Positions 24,144 to 37,599 of a DNA stretch of 64,000 nt are shown one piece after another. The position numbers were made by a program, and so were the translations under genes. Location: contig CM060733.1 of the NCBI GenBank assembly GCA_030704615.1, positions 55,056,001-55,120,000 on the forward strand, in the 5' to 3' direction. The notes beneath the pieces are model-generated. The model had not been told where the DNA came from and made no database searches. It was given only the letters and a program-made list of their open reading frames with translations. Numbering within the stretch: the stretch's first letter is position 1; each line of letters opens with the position of its first letter. This DNA is from Takakia lepidozioides. Its lineage: Eukaryota > Plantae > Bryophyta.

Positions 24144-27100
24144 ATGGCTTCCTCTGAAGCGGAGTTCTTCTCTGACGACAAACCAGTGCCGTTCTCCAAG
24201 GAAACCCTTGACAATGGATTCACAATTGTTCTGGAACATGTCTTGGCTACCCGGTTTGAGCTTCAGAATGGCTCCATCTTCTTGGAAAAAGAGGTGTACG
24301 ATTTGGAAGGGAAGTTGTTGAAATACTCTTTCCAAAACCGTGATGAGACGGCTCATGTCAGCTAGTGGAGAGTATGTTCTGGTCGATACAGAGTACTTGG
24401 AGAGCCTCGGCAAAAGTCCCTTGGATCATATGTGACGCCCCGGACTGCAGCTTCAGTCGTTGAAGACAAGAGAGAACAGTTTGCAATGGACACCTTAGGT
24501 GTGATAATTTGAATTGCAGACACTTTCTTTAGTCTGGGGTTCATAATCAAAGCGAGTGGGAGGGTCTGGCGGAAAATCCATTTAAGCTTGGGACTGCCCC
24601 TCCACCGGCAAACACTTTCGTTTGCAAATTCTGCAAACTTGTGCCATCCTGCCTAGCGCTGTGCGGAGCAAGAATATACTATGTTGTCCACCGTTTGAAA
24701 ACAATGACAAGAGCTTGTGTGCATTTCGGTTTCCATAACCATCCTGTCTCGAAGGGGGATTACAGGGAGAGTGTTGAGACAATATCGAGGTTGATTAAAC
24801 AGGAGTACGAGAGAAACCCATCCGCAACAACATCTGCAATTGCTCTTGGCGCAAGCAAGTCCTTCTTGGAAAGACATATTTTGAGTGAAGGGGATTCTGT
24901 GGGGACTAAACTTGACGGTGCAGCATTGGACCTTGTCATGGATCATTTCTCCACTTTGAGTTCACCTAACATTCGGCATCAGATCAATGCATTGAGAATG
25001 GGCTCTGGGATCAGAGGCTACATAGACAACAATTTGGAATTGAAACGACTGAGCAAGTACGACTACATCCAGGACAATGTTTTCCCAGGTCAAGGTGCCA
25101 TATTCAAAGTATTTCTTTTCAAAATGTCGACTGTTGGGGAGGGCAGTGGGGTTAGCCTCGTGAAGCGAATGCAGAAGACTGGGGACTTGCAGAATTATTT
25201 TCTTATGTTTGATCATGTGAAACGAGTGAAAGATTGGACGACAATGGCTTGTTATGTCTACGATCCAGTGTACCAACGAGTTATGACAATTGCAGTTTGT
25301 GTCATGCAATCCGAGGATATGGAATCCCAGAAGCTCATGTGGAATTCCCTGATACGTGTTATGGGCTGCCATGGGTTGCCATCTCCAAATTTCGCATCAT
25401 GGCGGATAGTGCTCAGGCGAATTTCAATGTTGTTCGAATTGTCTTCGGATGGGGCGACCCAAAAGTGCCAATCCCGGGAAGAGAGCGTACATGTCTATTC
25501 CATTGGAACAATCTCTGGAGAAACATACAAAGTCGGACATCAAACCAGAGATGCAGACTCAGGTGGTAAATTGTGCAAATAGCACAAAGATGCTAGAACA
25601 ATGAAGGAGGCGGATACTTTGTTCCACACAATTCGTTCCTGGTGGTTCTCTTCTGGAGCTACATCGCTTGAGAGTATGAGAGCATTGGAAGATTGGCTGG
25701 CGTTTTGGCACTTCCGGTACAGACAGTGAGGAGCAGCCATGACAATGGTGCGAGGCTTCTATTTCTTGCTTTATTCATACATTTACTTTCCATATTTTTG
25801 ACTCCTTGCTTTCTTTATGTTGTTCCCTGTGCATTGTTCTAAAGTGTGGTTCTTCACTTTGCAGAACATGTCCATTGAGGAAATGGCGGACATGCCATCT
25901 TGCAATTTGGCAGAGACTGTGCACAACACATGGTTGCAACAGTCTGGGAAACAAGGTCGGGATTTGTATGTGGCAACAACAGATGATTTGATACGTGCCT
26001 TGCAACAACAAACCCGATACCGTGATTTCTTGCGAGGTGGGGTTGGTGGCAAGGGTCCAGACAAATTGGAGGTGATGTTGCGTTTTGCAAACAGATATGG
26101 GGATCCAAGCAAGATAGCACGGGCGGTGAGCATGTATGCCCAGGGAACGCCACTTGTTTCTAGAGGTCCACATCTTGAAGGGGACGAGAGATTCGGCTCG
26201 TGTAAGAGGAAATTGAACACTCCACCTGGTTCGGATTCCGATTCGCACAGGGCAGACCGTGATAACTTCTCGAAGCCTCGTGTTCCCCTGCATGACAGAT
26301 CCATGTCCGGAACCTCCATTATGGAGGAACCTCCAACACGACGGCAGGCTCCAGCATCAAACAGTGCCACTGACATGGTGCAGGAGAGAAACAACCCCCT
26401 TGATGTACTTGAGTCCGCATGCCCCGACCACGTTTGGCACAAAGAACGCACAAGTGCAAGGTCTCGTGTGAAATGTACAGCGATCAGGGCAACTAATTTC
26501 AAGAAGTGCACTTCATCTATATCCAGAGGTGGTGCCCGGACTCCTGCTCCGACTTTCACGGGTTTGATGCGTCCATACGGTCAACCAGAAGCCAAGAACC
26601 ACAAGTTCAGGTTCTGCGCAGATGATTGTGGTAGATGTGTGCATGGAATTGTGCGTCCTTCCGTGGTGATGAAGCCAGCTCCTCCAACCGTTTGGCCCGT
26701 CAAGGTGGGAACACATCTCATAAGTCAGGAGATTGCAATTAATGCTGGAGGAGGCAGACTTTTCCCTTGCGAGACAACCCCAACTGCATGCATGTGCTAC
26801 ATGAGGTACATTGATCACTTCGACATCTGCTGTTCATGACAGGGCCTACGACATCATGGTTTCCAATTTCCCCAATTGCACATGTCCTAATTTTGTGAAT
26901 ATGCTATCAACCGGAGGCGACAACCACCCAGTTCTGGTTCTGCAGGCACGACATTATGACTTGCGTGTATGGAAAGCCCAAGTACGGCATACAAACAATG
27001 CCAGAGGCTCCCCCGGTGTGGCCGGTGGAACCAGGCTGCGATCTGAGTCAGGTTGAGGATGGTGCAGCGCACTGACGTCCCCAGACAACCATTTCCGCTT

Positions 27101-27559
27101 CCACAGCCTCCACCACCGACCCCTGTGAGAGCAAGAACAATGGGACACGACAGCTCTAAGCATCCTACACACCGTTGGGGGAAACCGAAGAGGCGGCGAC
27201 CTCCCTCAAAAGTGAACGAGACAAGGATGGGGAATGCACTTCGGATGAACTGTACAATCCAGAGCTCGACAGAAGTGCCCCCACCAGGATTCAGGCGTGT
27301 GTATCAGATGGCCACGGCGGGCTCAGCTGTTCGCAATGAGGTGTACACCATCACCATTTCAGAATTACCCACCTGCAATTGCACCGACTTCCAGATCATG
27401 GCGAACAAGGGGGCATCATACTGCCCTTGCAAGCATTTGTACTACGTGTACCTAAAGAGACTCCGTTGTAATTCCACAACTCATCACTTCATACATGCAC
27501 CAGGGTTGAGCCCCCAGGAGGTTCACACTCTTCTGAATATGGATCCAGGGGACCAGTGA
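24144..27559 (+). mobile_element. Mutator-like (MULE) transposase pseudogene copy 1: GCM-like Zn domain, DDE core, SWIM finger
   Basis: CKFCK..C..C..GFHNHP; MFDHVKR..MADSAQ..CLFHW..NLAETVH; C-terminal CNCTDF..CPCKHLYY. GT-AG intron 25748-25864; frameshifts. Confidence 0.8.
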
Positions 27560-27976
27560 GCTTGGCTTGCGGTCCACAAACAATGGTACGCCCATCCTTT
27601 TCGGATAGTAGAACTGTACTGCTGCCAGTACCTCAGACTCTGGCCACAGAAAGGTCCGACATATGTCTTGCCTACCAGTAACCTGTTTTGATCGAACTAA
27701 GATATTACTATATCGTTCACTTGTTTCCACGTGCATGTATTTTTGTATGTTGGAGGGTTCATGTTTTTCTGCTTTCCGAAAACTTGCTCTCCTCATTCGA
27801 CCTCCGACAAGGAAATGCGGCGCCGAATTTCCAAGTATCGTCGTAGGTACCCCCAGAGGCGGCCTTCGCCAACACCAAACCGCTCCGAAATTTCGCAAGT
27901 GCGAACCCTAATGCGGCACCCTATTTCCCAGTTCAGTTGCAAACCTTTCCCGCCGAATTCCCGAAGAAGACAGAAT

Positions 27977-30032
27977 TGTAAAGTACTGCAGACTGTATAG
28001 GTGCAGACTCCATTAGTTCAATCGCGGCAAAAGGACCGGCTATAGCATCCGGTCCACCCAGCCACCCGTGCTACAAATCAGCTTTTACGCGCATCCAGAT
28101 CTGCTCCAGGCGCCTGTACGCCATCATCCCTTCTCCAACCATCTTGCCATCTCCACGCACACATCATTAAATCCCTAGTCCTGGATCTCTTCATGCACGC
28201 GAGACTGCTCCATTTTACCTGCAACTGTCAGTTCGGCGATATTCTAGCAGTCTCTTGTTATTCCAAACTGGTTGACAGGTCGATCTTCGTTCCTAGCACC
28301 TAACAAATTCCCCCTCCCAAAGACAGGTCATTGTCCTCAATGACAGAAAATGAGGGGTAACTCAATGTCAATTCATTTTCCTCCTCCCAAGTAGCTTCTG
28401 TCTCTGGGTAATGCAACCACTTAATCAAATGTTCTTTCCAAGAACGGTTGCGTAGTGATGGGTCTGACATATACCTCCGGAGAAGGCTGACATGGAAAGT
28501 TTTATGGATCTTCCATGTTGGAGGTAGATCCAACTCATAGGCCACTGTGCCATGGCGTTCCAGGATTTTAAACGGGCCACAAAACCTTGGTGACAACTTA
28601 TAGCACTTGCCCAGTGTTAGATTGCTTCTTTTAGGTGTAACTTTCAAAAACACCATATCACCAATGGCAAATTCACGAAAAGTCTTGTGTTTATCAGCAA
28701 AGAACTTGGTCCGTTCTTGTGCAGCCTACATACTACGCTTCACCAGATCTAGGACAGAGTGGATCTCTTTGATTCTGTCATTCACACTCTGCACATTTGA
28801 TGGTGGCGTAATAAGCGAAGCAGGAGCCAAGCAATCTCGTCCATATAAAGCTTCAAATGGGCTCATGCCAATGGCACTATGGAAATGCTTGTTATAAGCA
28901 AATTCCACCATATACAGATATTGTTCCCAAGAGGACTGTCTTTCACCAACGTACATCCTCAACATATCTTCTATTGTACGGTTGGTCCTTTCTGTTTGAG
29001 CATCTGTTTCTGGATGAAAGGCCGTACTCAGTTTCACCTTGGTTCCCAATTTCTTGAACAAGTCAATCCAAAAATGACTTATAAACTTTGAGTCCCTGTC
29101 ACAAATAATCTCCCGAGGCAGACCATGGATCCTGAATATCTCTTTCATGTACAAGGATGCAACATTAGATGCCGTAGCACTCATCCTTGTAGGTATCAAG
29201 TGGGTTATCTTAGACAGCCTATCTACAACCACCATGATACTGTCATGGCCATTTCTGGTCCTGGGCAATGCCACAATGAAATCCATGCTAATGGATTCCC
29301 AATTCCATCCGGGAACAGATAAAGGTTGTAATAATCCAAGAGGTCTGACTCTCTCTGACTTCAAAACCTGACATGGGAAACATTATTTGCACATACTCTT
29401 TAATTTCTCTCTTCATACCTGGCCAAAAATAGTGCTTCTGTATTGACCAATAGGTTCTCTGAAAGCCCGGGTGTCCAGAGATTGGAATATTGTGACTGTC
29501 ATGAATAATCCGCAATCTCAAGTCTGGAATCAGGGGAACACACAGCCGACCATCATAAAATAACACCCCATCTCTCAAGAGGTATGGCCGGTACTTCTCT
29601 TTCTCAATAGAAGTTCTTTGGTCACGAGACAAACTCTTGAATGGCTCTTTGAAGAATTCATCGACCTCATACTGACCTTTAATGTCTTGAATTATAGTGC
29701 TACTGACGCATGAGACTACATTAGCTTGTAATGGTCTCATAGAAAGTGCATCAGCAATCACATTCTAGCATCCGGTCCACCCAGCCACCACGCCGTGCTA
29801 CAAATCAGCTTTTACGCGCATCCAGATCTGCTCCAGGCGCCTGTACGCCATCATCCCTTCTCCAACCATCTTGCCATCTCCACGCACACATCATTAAATC
29901 CCTAGTCCTGGAACTCTTCATACACGCGAGCTTGCTCCATTTTACCTACAACTGTCAGTTCGGCAATATTCTAGCAGTCTCTTGTTATTCCAAACTGGTT
30001 GACAGGTCGATCTTCGTTCCTGGCACCTAACA
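27977..30032 (-). mobile_element. Chromovirus-type Gypsy, deleted (integrase plus chromodomain between two LTR remnants)
   Basis: Direct repeats 28043-28305 and 29766-30032 start TGTTAGGTGC on the minus strand. PPT GGGAGGGGGAA. WESISMDF, KLSPRFCGPF, HLIKWLHYPETEATWE. Left end approximate. Confidence 0.9.
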
Positions 30033-30610
30033 CTTCTTCTCTATAGACTGACAGAGAATGTAGAGGGCCTGATTATCTCTCTTGATCCAGTCTGCGCGCG
30101 ATGCAGTGTTCGCAGGAGTGTCGGCGGGCTGAGCCTCAGTCCCATCAACGATGCTTATAAGCTCTTTCCCAAGAAAGATCGCGCGCATCCAAAACTGCCA
30201 GAGATGAAAATCCTGACCATTGAAACGATCGACATTACTGAACTCTCGTGAGTTTGCCATGTCTGGACACGACTCTTGACACAGGGAATAAACTAGACAA
30301 AGAAAAAGTTGGTCAGAGAATAAAGACGCTACAGTATGTACAACGGCCTTTACTCAGAGTAGACACACATGTAACAAGAAAGCGCAGTGCTAACCGGTCA
30401 CGTAAAGGCGCCCATAACCTAGTGGACTATACTGCAAACCACTGGAGAAACATGTGTACCTAGACTATTCCCGCATAAACTGAGTACTGTATTCCACACA
30501 GTAAGCCTTACATATAACTTAGTACCCAACAGTGGTACTAACACACTAACACATGAGATGCTAGCAGCAAACCGTGGTTCTAGCACACTCACGCTAACAT
30601 GCACACTCTA
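30033..30610 (-). mobile_element. Ty1/Copia 5' end: short LTR, half-tRNA-iMet PBS, gag N-terminus
   Basis: MANSREFSNVDRFNGQDFHLWQFWMRAIF..WIKRDNQAL (30260 downward). PBS GGTTATGGGC at 30419-30410. Confidence 0.85.
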
Positions 30611-30891
30611 GGAGGTACCCCACAGGTACCCTGACACTAATATATCTTCTCGAGAGAGAGACAATGCAAAAGCACACACGCTAGGCGGGAGATGGCAGCT
30701 CAAGAAAGCCATCTCAAGAAAGCCATCATGAGCTACCGTTTGAACTCGTTGCTTCCTCTCCACAAATGTCAACATCGTGCTGCACTGCATTCTATACTCA
30801 GTATACCGTATCAAATATTAGCACTACTACACTGTTAATAGAAAGAAGACATGAAATGTAGCAGAGATGCTGATGTAAATAAGCCGCGCAG

Positions 30892-32103
30892 GAAAGTAGA
30901 CGCATTATCACGTGAAGATGAGAACAAATTGTTGGCACATCCACTACACCATGCCACATTTCCTTATGGAGTTCACAAACAATTTGCATTTTTATTGTTT
31001 TGTAGTGTTTCTGATACGTGGCAATAGTGAGCTATATAAGCTTCTCTTCTGTGATTTCACTCTTGGACTAGACGATAAGGGGATCGAGTTTCTCAAGTAA
31101 GATTTGCAATTCTTACAATATTCATTTCAAAATCTATTGATTTGCTCAGGTTTTTTCCTAGGCATTTTCCTTTCTGCACTCCCAAAAATTGTATAATTTA
31201 ATTTAATTTCAATGTTGTTATTGATCTGCCGCAGGCATGATGTGAGGTAGAGCAAAAACTACAAGGCTTCTTTGAATTGCTTCCAAGATGAACACTTCAG
31301 ACCTCATGTATTATCTTATGATGCTGATGTGATTGCAACTTGGAAGGTTCTTGCACACCATATGCCTCCCGATAGTGCAGAAGGCCATTTGTTCCTATCT
31401 CACATAACTAATCCTCAGATGCAAGTGTGGTTCAAAACTGGTATAAATGTAGGAGAGAGCATAATCAGGGGCTGGATGAAACAAATGACGGAGGCAATTG
31501 GTATCACAGGAGATTATATGAACGAATCCGGGGGAGTCACGGCTATTTCAAGAATGGTTGTTGCACAAGTTCCACAGGGTGTGATCAGTACAGTTACGAG
31601 AAAAATGTGAAGACCCTTGCTCGTTATGATAGAACTTGTGTTAGTAAGCACCATGCCGCACAAGCTTTGGGGCGAGAGCCTCATGATGCTAAAACGGGGG
31701 AATAACAAACAATTGGAGATGTATCATAGAAATCAAGTTTCTCGTTCATTTCCACTTGCCTTATTTGATATCACCATTGCCTCCTACAAGTCTACAAGTG
31801 TTGTTTCTCATTTTGCTTTTGAACCTGTGAGTCAACCCATACGACGATCTGGAAATGAACTTACCAGTGATGTTCAATTGTTACATCCTCAACAAGTTGA
31901 CATACCTATTCCGGTACCACATATTGTACAAGTTTTTAGTGAGGAATGTTACAAGGATGGTGATCAAGTTGCAACCCATACAACTTCTACGACAAAACTT
32001 GACTCTTCAGCTATCCAACCAAACCCCTAGAGGCACAGATTTGGTGGAACAGTCTCAAGAAACATTTGAAGACTACATGAAGTTTTGGGATAAAGATCAG
32101 TGA
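30892..32103 (+). mobile_element. Crypton/DUF3504-type tyrosine recombinase pseudogene with intron
   Basis: DALSREDENKL..FLIRGNSEL..F..GLDDKGIEF | intron 31097-31234 | SKNY..LFL..WF..NVG..WMK..GITGDYMNESGGVTAISRM..VT..KNVKTLARYD (Tyr at 31625). Confidence 0.8.
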
Positions 32104-32274
32104 GCCTTGTATTGGAAGACCCAAGGTTAAGGCTAATAATTCATCGTTTGGTACTATAATTTTGTTGTCATCAACGGTACCTTCTAATATACCACTTGGT
32201 ACAGCAACAAGCAGCGTAGCTACAGTGTGAGCCCAGCCCCGTGAGCCTGGGAGCTGAGCTCACATTGTAGCTGC

Positions 32275-35200
32275 TGTCGAGCGGCTTTGACTCACCCATC
32301 CCTTTGCTATCCGAGGTGGGAACTAAGATAGAAGAGTTGGATATCTCTAAGCACTCAGCCCGCTCAGAACAATCAGTCATGACCTACAGCTAGTGTATCA
32401 TGGTTGTGCTTCCTGTTTGTACTCCTTCTTGCCTTCGTGTTAGCAAATTATCTTATTGTGTATACTTAAGCATCAGATTGCTTCAGTATCTATCAGGTTC
32501 CATTCACTCATCCATTCATTCCATAGCTTCACTCAAGTCTCTCTACATAATGTGATTGTATCGAATAAGTATCAGATTAAGATTTATCATGTATCAGGCC
32601 GAAGCCATGGTGTCTCTAATCTGCTCTACAGTATCACTACAACTTTGCATGTATCAAGCATCTACTGATCATCTCTCCTCCTTCACCGTGCTCTCCATCC
32701 TTGTTCCCGTTCCTGCTCTCCGCCTGATCTCCTCTCGTAAATGATCAAGAAGTGTTCTCCGTGAAGTGTCCTCCATGTCGCTGTTCTGCTTAATTTATCT
32801 GCAAGCTGTTCTAACCGCCTAACTAACTAACTGTCATCCAAGAATAAGTACGATCCCTCTGCAGATGTCGTTCCCACACAGTTGTTTCCTACCAATGATA
32901 ACCGTTCCCTATGTACGTTGTGACGGGCTGTGCCAAGTTGTATCGGGCTGTGACTGTGCCGAGCTATGACTGGCTGTGTAAAGCTGTGTCGGGCTGTGTC
33001 GTGTTGTGTCGGCTGTGACTGGTTGTGCGAAGATAAGTCGGGCTGTAATAGACTGTGACTAATTGTGATAGGCTGTGATTGACTGTGATTGACTGTGACA
33101 AACTGTGTAAGGCTGTGTCGGGCTATGTAAGACTGTGTATGGCTGTGACTGACTGTGCAACCTTGTGTATCACCCCCTAAGTCCGTGTTGGTCTAAGTCT
33201 ACCATCGTAAGTCTACGCAAAAATTAAGGGTACCCCCCAAAACCCGTAACATTGTCTAAGTCCCAGACAGCCCTCTTACATTATCCCTCTCCCTCTCCAA
33301 AAACCGTATCCTCACAGTTTACTGTTTAGGATCAGCAAACCTTTGTGAGCGAGCACCCTTCTGTCAGTGAGTGTCCCTTGGAGGGCTCTATGTACGAGCC
33401 CGAGCCCTATCACTGGCTGATGAAGGCGATTGAGCACCAAATGGAAATGTCTGACCCTCATGTGGTTGATAACAAGATAACCTCTCAAGCATAGGAGATC
33501 CCCGTCGTTTCTTCTCTGCCATCTGTAGTGCATAGTCCTCCGCCATGTCAAAAGGTTCCTCCGTAGAACCAGTAGTATCATAATCATCTCCCCCCCTGAG
33601 GTGTTTCGGTGGCTGAACTTTAAGTGGCTTCTCAGGAATTCTGCGTGACATACAGTGTTGGCCCACCATGTTTGGAAGCTTAAACTGTACTACTTGCATT
33701 AGTCACTTGCAAGCAAAATTAGTGTACTCCCTGAATTCCTTGTCCGTATAGGTGAGAGGTGTGCCAATGACTTTGGAACAGTGTAATTATTTCCAAGCCT
33801 CATGTCCCTTATAAAAAATATCGTCAAGGCCCAATTTTTCCTTGGTCAAGTTGGTCCAAGCCAAATTAAACCATGAACGAAGTTGGGAATCCTTCTGCAA
33901 CATGACTTTCGCATCATACAGATACATATGAGGTGGAACTGAAGGTAAGACCCAATGATCCCCAGTGGAATAACTCATAAATCTTGACTGCATCTTCGTC
34001 AATGTGATAACGTGCAATAAAACAAGCAACATAATATAATCCACAGCCCATGATCAAACTAGATATCTCCTTGATCTTGGTGTAGATGTACCCATGAACA
34101 ATTAATTCTTTTAGCATGGTGTCTGCCTCAGACCAGTATCTTGCAAAATGATGATCCTCAATGGGTCGATTGTTCAGAAGAACCTTAGTCCGAGTTGCCA
34201 CTGGCAACCAAATGCGCATGATCTGGTAATAATGTGCCAAAGACTGTGGAGGACTTAATTCATTCCAAGCCAAATCCATCACAATGGGAATTTGGTTTAA
34301 GGGCATTATAACTCCACTCGTTTAATGGACAACAACGCTATCACATAAACCAGTGTTGGTAACCAACTTGCTCTCCCTCTACAGGCCACTTGATAAATCT
34401 TTATCACTCCGATCTCCAGACCCCACTCAGGATCAGCTCATGCACTCTCTTAAGAATGTTTTCTTTGAAACCGTCTTGCAATTCCAAGAATCTCTGAAAG
34501 AATTGCTTGGACAATCTTTCTTTCTCAGTTCCACAAGGAATTTGATTCACATCAAATTCTTTAATTCTCCAACCACCATAATCCCACCAGATGCCTGTCA
34601 CATCCGGTTGCTTTTGACCCAGTTCCCCAGTATGGTCGCCAAATGTCGAACGGCTTCTACTCATCCATCCCTTCGCTATCCGAGGTGGGAACTCTAAGAT
34701 AGAAGAGTTGGATATCTCTAAGCACTCAGCCCGCTCAGAACAATCAGTCATGACCTACAGCTAGTGTATCATGGTTGTGCTTCCTGTTTGTATTCCTTCT
34801 CGTCTTCATGTTAGCAAATTACCTTACTGTTTATACTTAAGCATCAGATTGCTTCAGTATCTATCAGGTTCCATTCACTCATCCATTCATTCCACAGCTT
34901 CACTCAAGTCTCTCTACACAGTATGATTGTATCAAATAAGTATCAGATTAAGATTTATTATGTATCAGGCCGAAGCCATGATGTCTCTAATCTGCTCTAC
35001 AGTATCACTACAACTTTGCATGTATCAAACATCTACTGATCATCTCTCCTCCTTCACCGTGCTCTCCATCCTTGTTCCCGTTCCTGCTCTCCGCCTGATC
35101 TCCTCTCGTAAATGATCAAGAAGTGTTCTCCGTGATGTGTCCTCCATGTCGCTGCTCTGCTTATTTTATCTGCAAGTTGTACAGCCCGATACAGCTTGGC

Positions 35201-35675
35201 ACAGCCCGTCACAACGTACATAGGGAACGATTATCATTGGCAGGAAACGACTGTGTGGGAACGACATCTACAGAGGGAACGTACTTATTATTGGGTGACA
35301 GTTAGTTAGTTAGGTGGTTAGAATGACTGTGCCGAGCTTTGACTGGCTGTGTAAAGCTGTGTCGGGCTGTGTCGTGCTGTGTCGGCTGTGACTGGTTGTG
35401 CGAAGCTGTGTCGGGTTGTGATAGACTGTGACTAACTGTGATAGGCTGCGATTGGCTGTGACAGACTGTGTAAGGCTGTGTCGGGCTGTGTAAGACTGTG
35501 TATGGCTGTGACTAACTGTGCAACCTTGTGTACCACCCCCTAAGCCTGTGTTGGTCTAAGTCTACCATCGTAAATCTACGCAAAAATTAAGGATACCCCC
35601 CAGAACCCGTAAAATTGTCTAAGTGTACCCCACAGAACCCGTAGCACTGTCTAAGTCCCAGACAGCCCTCTTACA
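32275..35675 (-). mobile_element. Complete non-autonomous family-A LTR element (two LTRs, PBS, PPT, 5-bp TSD)
   Basis: LTRs 32275-33280 and 34644-35675. TSD GCTGC at 32270-74 and 35676-80. PBS TGGCGACCATACTGGGGAA (34641-34623). PPT near 33285-33298. The 1.36-kb interior holds the element's 5' internal part plus the extra-ORF end. Confidence 0.95.
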
Positions 35676-36939
35676 GCTGCAAAACGTGAGCTGAGCTCAC
35701 GCTTCAAGGAAGCGTGAGCGACACAAATCTGCTGGAGAAGCAGGCCCTATAGGCAAGGATTGCAGGAAGAGGTCCTATTACCGTGGACAAAACAAAGGGC
35801 CCGCCATGCACCATGTATGCAATGTCTGCACAAAAAGAGGAATATGAACATATGGCGGATTTGGGCTCGGATTGATTGTCACACGTTATTTCAATTCACA
35901 GAGAAAGACGCTTACAATGAATGACATGTGCCATTAGAAGTTTAGTGGGCCCTTAAGAAGGCTGCGAGTTTTGTTTTCTTGAATTGTGCCCGTTCTTAGT
36001 TGTTGTACTAGGGAGACCTCCTACTTGCCCGATAAAAAATAGTACATCCTGGCACTACAGTGCCACGTGCCATATCGACGCATCGCGAGGGACAAGAGTG
36101 TACGTTTCCTGGACCTTTCAAGTGTAAGTGTTATGCCATTGTCACGTAAGCTTTGGGCTTTCCCGCCATCGTTGCATGCTTTGGGCTTTTGCGCCATGGT
36201 TCACCTTGCTGCAAGCTCTCTACAGTTGCGTGCTCAATGCAAACAATGGCCTCTCCCTCGCGCTGGTCAATGCGGACTCCGCGGATCTCTTTATAAATGC
36301 GGAATCCACTGTCAGCAAATTAGGCATCAACTGTGAGCGCTCATCGCATCTTGCAGGGGCACTCGGGAGGCGCTGTTCGCCAGCGCTTTCCAGCTTCTCC
36401 GTGCGAGGCGCCATTTAGGCCCTCGCCGCTCTTGTTGACTTTGCTCATCTATCCTTGATCTTGAGTGCGGCCCTGTCTCCAGGAGGACAACGAATACATG
36501 AACGCTGCAGTTATTGCTCTCTTGTAGCTCTTTCTTTACTTTTCAGCACGTCAATTGTTGTTCCAGTAGGTAACAAGAGCGTGACACTCTCTCTCTCTCT
36601 CTCTCTCATGGAGCACGGCCTCTGGTTTTTTCCCTTTTATTCTGTGTAGGTGTACTGCAACTGTTCAACATGATGAGGAGCGGCTCTAGAAAACGTTTGG
36701 CATTCTCTAGCACCTTGGCCCGGAACTTGAGCAGGCGTCCATCGGATGCTGACAGGATACAGTACAGTGATCTTGAATTCTTGAACGATTTCACGTCCTC
36801 CGCAAGTTTTCGCTTATCAGGTGCAGTTGCGATTTGGTCACAAGCATTAGCTTTCTCGTGTGATGGTTGATTGTTGACTACAGGTGTTGTACAATCCATT
36901 ACTTCATCCTCCAAGTGATCAAACCTGATACAAGTTTAA

Positions 36940-37258
36940 CTTCAACTAGGTTTGAGATTATGAGAAGAATTGTGTCGGGGGTGAAGTAGTTGTACTTCAC
37001 CAACTGTGGTATTATCTGCTTGAAAACAACGACGTTTCTCTCCACAAGGTCGATTCGCGACTCTCCCCCTCTCTCTGCCTAGCTCCGGCTGTTACAATGC
37101 AGACGTCCGATCCCTCGGTTAACTTGTAATCTGTGTTCGCTGAAATTTTAGCCCTTGGAAGAAAGGAGGCTGCGTGCTGGAGATCAAGCATCTCCCCCCT
37201 TAGTTTCTCAGGTACAACATCCACCAAAGTAAGCTCGTCAGTCAGGTCTTGCGTTAGT
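36940..37258 (-). pseudogene. LDH: L-lactate dehydrogenase fragment
   Basis: [70 protein letters not shown]; frameshifted, both ends missing. Confidence 0.92.
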
Positions 37259-37599
37259 CAGGTCATTTTGGTACCTTCAGCCCCAGTGCTGGTCAGAACT
37301 GTCCGTCTTCAGAACTGTCCACTTTGGCATCTCGTACATTCTTTTTGTCCTGGACTTTGCCGCACTGAGAAAGTGGCAAGTTTGGGATGCCCCCTTGTAA
37401 CTCTTCCACACATGGCCATCTGTATTCTTCGATCTTGGTAGGAGCTAGGTGCTGAACTAAGCAAGCCAATGTTCTGTCATTTCGGTACCTTCAGCCCGAG
37501 TGCTGGTCATGGCGACGAGAACAGTCCGTCGATGCCACCATTTTCTCATTATTGGCACACAAACCTTGAATCCACTCATGTGTGTATCTGGTTGTAGTT

